A stretch of 37,601 nucleotides of DNA, taken from positions 1-37,601 of the forward strand of contig UYFQ01000194.1 in NCBI GenBank assembly GCA_900617105.1, given 5' to 3'. This stretch comes from Hydrurus foetidus. Its lineage: Eukaryota. Under the pieces are notes generated by a model, which was not told the origin of the DNA, did no database searches, and saw only the letters and a list, made by a program, of their open reading frames with translations. A program made the translations under genes and the position numbers. The stretch's first letter is position 1. Every line of letters begins with the position of its first letter. Below, piece after piece: positions 34,221-37,601 of the stretch.

Positions 34221-35576
34221 TTATAGGCCAGGCTGAGTGACATCTGAGTCGCCATCAAATGAAACGCCAGCTCCAGCCAGTCCACGGCCGTTAAGTACGG
34301 ATGTATGTCCGAAAGAGATCGAGGCGTAGGCGATAATGTTTCCAACAAAGCTGCTCGAGTATCCGATTGTGGCAGATGAGCCAACTTTCCAGAACACGTT
34401 CTTCGCCTGTGCTCCATTCGCAAGGATGAAGGAGGTGTAGTGGGACGTGATCAATGAGCTGGTCATCTGGAAAATCCACTGGGCGTTTGAGTCTCCGAAA
34501 GCGTCGAGGGTTAGGGTGCCAGCAGATAGAGTCATAGCACCTCCTGAGCAGTAGACACCGGGACCAAGGGTAAGTCCGGACAGTTCGGTTCTAGTGTTGC
34601 TTGCCGAGCAGGGGGCTGAAGCAGCTGCGTTATAAGCGATGTTGCGATCGGCCTGGCAAGCGTTGGATCTGGTTGACGTTACTTCAACAGATCCGACAAC
34701 GACCTGGTAGTTACCCTCAATCGTGGTTCCAGGTGAGATGCCGATTGACCCCTCGTGAATTGTAGTCTTGGCACCATTGAAATTCATGGCGGAGCCAGCC
34801 TCTAGAGCAAACGTGGAGCACGAGCCAAGAGGTACTGAGGTGCTGGTGACTGCGATGCGAGAGGCCTTCTTCACTGATCGCAGGGATTTCTTCACAGGAG
34901 CGGAAGAGGCTGGTAGAGTCACTGATGAGCCCGATTCGAAAGATACTGCAGTCATGGCGAGTGCCCTGCCCACGATAGCGGAGTCGTGTCCAAAGCTCAC
35001 AGCCGAGGAAGCGAGAATGTTGCCAACGAATGACGACGAATATCCAATGAAAGCCGATGTTCCAAGGGCCCAGAATACGTTCTGTTCCTTGGCACCATTG
35101 ATAAGAATGAAGCTTGTCGTTGTTGCAGTTGTAAGACTCGTGGCAGCTTGGAAGATCCATTGAGCGTTGGGATCGTTATTGCCGTCAAGTGTCAACGTAG
35201 ATGCTGATATTTTCAGCTGATCAGATGAGCAGTAAACTCCTGGAAGCAAGGTGCGTCCGCCAAGTTCAACAATGATGTTGCTTGCAGGGCAGGCTGCAGA
35301 TGATGCGGCGCCATATGCAGTCTTCAGATCGGCTGTGCAGCTGTTTGCCAATGGCGAGTTGCGTTCGACGGCGCCGTCGTCAAGGAGATAATCTCCCTCA
35401 ATTGAGGTGCCAGGTGCGACGCCCACTGATCCAGTATATAGAGTTGTAAGTCTACCATTGAAAGTCACTCCGGCGGCGGATTCGACTGCGAAGCCTTGGC
35501 AGCTACCGAGAGGTACGTCGACGTTGGCGACCACAGCCGAAGAAATAATTGCTAGAACGAAGAGAATTGACTGCAT
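34221..35576 (-). CDS. Double-DUF3494 ice-binding protein, copy 4 (LITSHY variant)
   Basis: Same protein as copy 1. Confidence 0.92.
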   Translation of the reverse strand: MQSILFVLAIISSAVVANVDVPLGSCQGFAVESAAGVTFNGRLTTLYTGSVGVAPGTSIEGDYLLDDGAVERNSPLANSCTADLKTAYGAASSAACPASNIIVELGGRTLLPGVYCSSDQLKISASTLTLDGNNDPNAQWIFQAATSLTTATTTSFILINGAKEQNVFWALGTSAFIGYSSSFVGNILASSAVSFGHDSAIVGRALAMTAVSFESGSSVTLPASSAPVKKSLRSVKKASRIAVTSTSVPLGSCSTFALEAGSAMNFNGAKTTIHEGSIGISPGTTIEGNYQVVVGSVEVTSTRSNACQADRNIAYNAAASAPCSASNTRTELSGLTLGPGVYCSGGAMTLSAGTLTLDAFGDSNAQWIFQMTSSLITSHYTSFILANGAQAKNVFWKVGSSATIGYSSSFVGNIIAYASISFGHTSVLNGRGLAGAGVSFDGDSDVTQPGL

Positions 35577-36707
35577 CGTGATGGATGAGTTTTTGGAATA
35601 ATAAGTTGTGGGAATTTCACACAACCGACGAGTAGAGTAGAATCCAGAATGCACCAGCCGATGGTGATGCGCAAATTCTCCACAACATTCTCCGGAAAAG
35701 AAGCATCTTCAACTCAATGGCCATTCTTTTCAGTTTCATCTTTCCTAACAACTACTGTGCTTCACCTCGCAGTATAGACGTGTGTGTGATACGTACGGTA
35801 TGCGTCCACGTACAAAGTACAAAGTACAACGCACAACCAAGGGGGTATAGAGACCCCCTTGGCACAACGCACACATGTAACACGTACGAAGTACAAAGGA
35901 CAGTACTGTACCGTGTGGTGGACCGCACGTGCGTGCGTGGGTGGTGGGTGTGCTGTATTCTGTGTAATTATTGTTAATAACAGTACAGTATTCTGTATTC
36001 TGTATGATTGTAAATCATATTAATCTGTGTACGTAGATACTGTATACATGATACATGATATTCGTCGACAACTGATTCATCAACTTGACATTTTGTCCTA
36101 CTCACATTAGCGTGTGTTGGTGTTTTAGGACACTGTAGTTTCTTGTTCCCAAATTTTATAAGCTCTCAAATAAACACCCGCCCACCCACCTAACAATCGG
36201 CAAACAGTTGGATTCAAATCAGAGTTTCTCAGAAATAATCAGCCAGCCAACGAAAAAAAGAAGTCAGCCAGCCTGGCTAGGGTGGCCAGCTTTTCCAGTG
36301 AGTCATAGCCGCACATGGCCAGTGGCCAGTGGCCAGTGGTTGGCTAGAATACCCTGGCCTGGTCAACAGACATTTGCATACTGCACACTGCATATTGTAT
36401 ATTATACTGTATACTGCGTACATACCTCATGCATCATCTCATCATAACGCGTTAAACTGCATACTTTACAATATGTGTATTTCATAATCTGTATCATGTC
36501 TACTGTTTACTATAAACGGCACTGCATACTGTACACTCCTCGCGGTACTGTCTACTGTATTCTGTAGAGTATACTGTACCACTAGATACAATCAATACTG
36601 TCCAATCAATAAATTTCTCAATCTGTTAATAGGGAAGCCAATTTATGACCATGAAAGCAGCCAAGTAATATGTCAAACTATTCTCTAAACTAAATCAACA
36701 ACGAATA

Positions 36708-36867
36708 ACATCACATCACATCACATCACATCACATCGCATCACATCATATCATATCACATCACATCACATCACATCACATCACATCACATCACATCACA
36801 TCACATCACATCACATCACATCACATCACATCACATCACATCACATCACATCACATCACATCACATC
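36708..36867. repeat. (ACATC)~32 microsatellite at the unit 4/5 junction
   Basis: 160-bp pentamer run with a few substitutions. Confidence 0.95.
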
Positions 36868-37601
36868 AAATCACGTTAGATCATATTTAGGATATTTTAG
36901 CTAGCATATTAGAAGTTTAGTTTTGTTTAGTGTAGCACAGCGCTTTGAGTTTTTGTCGTATGCCTCTCGACTCTTCGAAAATGATCAACCACCATATTGT
37001 CTTGCTCAATCTTGCGTATCGTATCGATAGAACAGTCACATTTCACAGGGGAGTGCAGTCAATGACTTCATATGTAGGGATACGCTGTTTTCTTTTATAA
37101 AAAAGAGTGTCCACATTCGCGCAGACTATAGTGATTTATTGTATTAATGGTGGACCGTCTTGACTTTTGATATTTCTTTTGGGAGTATCAACCTGCGACT
37201 TTACTACCTGAACGATTCTCCGCAATACACCTAAGATCACATTCTGGATAACATCAATCGTCGATAAGCTTGTTGAGTTTTGTTGACATGGAGTTTTGTT
37301 AGTTATGGAGTCGGCAGAGTTCAAAGATGATTTGATGTCAATCCTTGAAACAGTACGAGACCGAACTTACTTACCTAGGTCATGAAAAGACAATATTTGT
37401 CTGAAGCTACGAAATAGAGGATATGTAGTGCAATCGTGCAGAAAGACCTACGCATTGGTGAGGATGCGAGAGAGAAAGAAAACAGAATAATCTAATGGAA
37501 TGCTGTTCAGAGAGGAAATATAAGATTGTGGCGACTGTTGCCGGGAGAGATGGTGAATGCCATAAAATAATGAGGCAGATGTGTTGCGCTGACGATTGTC
37601 A

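Larger units (their letters stand above)
23530..37601. repeat. Head-to-tail tandem array of ~3.3-kb units (periods 3290, 3366, 3306, 3386 bp); 4 complete units plus the start of a fifth
   Basis: Identical ORF sets recur at 23788, 27078, 30444, 33750, 37136; only a handful of substitutions are visible between units. Confidence 0.97.

Noticed and set aside
26702..36867. Regularly spaced repeats as a CRISPR-like or telomeric array
   Set aside because: No unique spacers or cas genes; the intervening 3.2-kb segments are near-identical, and ACATC is not a recognised telomere motif

Overview
Eukaryotic genomic DNA (spliceosomal GT-AG introns, standard code). A cold-adapted stramenopile or other microalga/protist is plausible, but that is inference. 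There are three zones. (1) 1-15600 is a transposon nest. Degraded Ty1/copia and LTR fragments (1-2451) are followed by a PIF/Harbinger element (2499-15597). Two further Harbinger elements sit back-to-back in a single TAA inside it (4119-7792 with an intact transposase; 7796-15506). The third is interrupted by a young chromodomain-bearing Ty3/gypsy retrotransposon (8722-14796; 218-bp LTRs, 4-bp TSD) that has a palindrome where the tRNA primer-binding site should be. (2) 15882-22579 is a 15-exon AGC (MAST/IRE-like) Ser/Thr kinase gene with a frameshift and stop in its activation segment. (3) About 23530 to the end is a head-to-tail array of ~3.3-kb units joined by (ACATC)n tracts. Four complete units each carry an intronless, secreted, double-DUF3494 ice-binding protein gene, and a fifth unit runs off the window.
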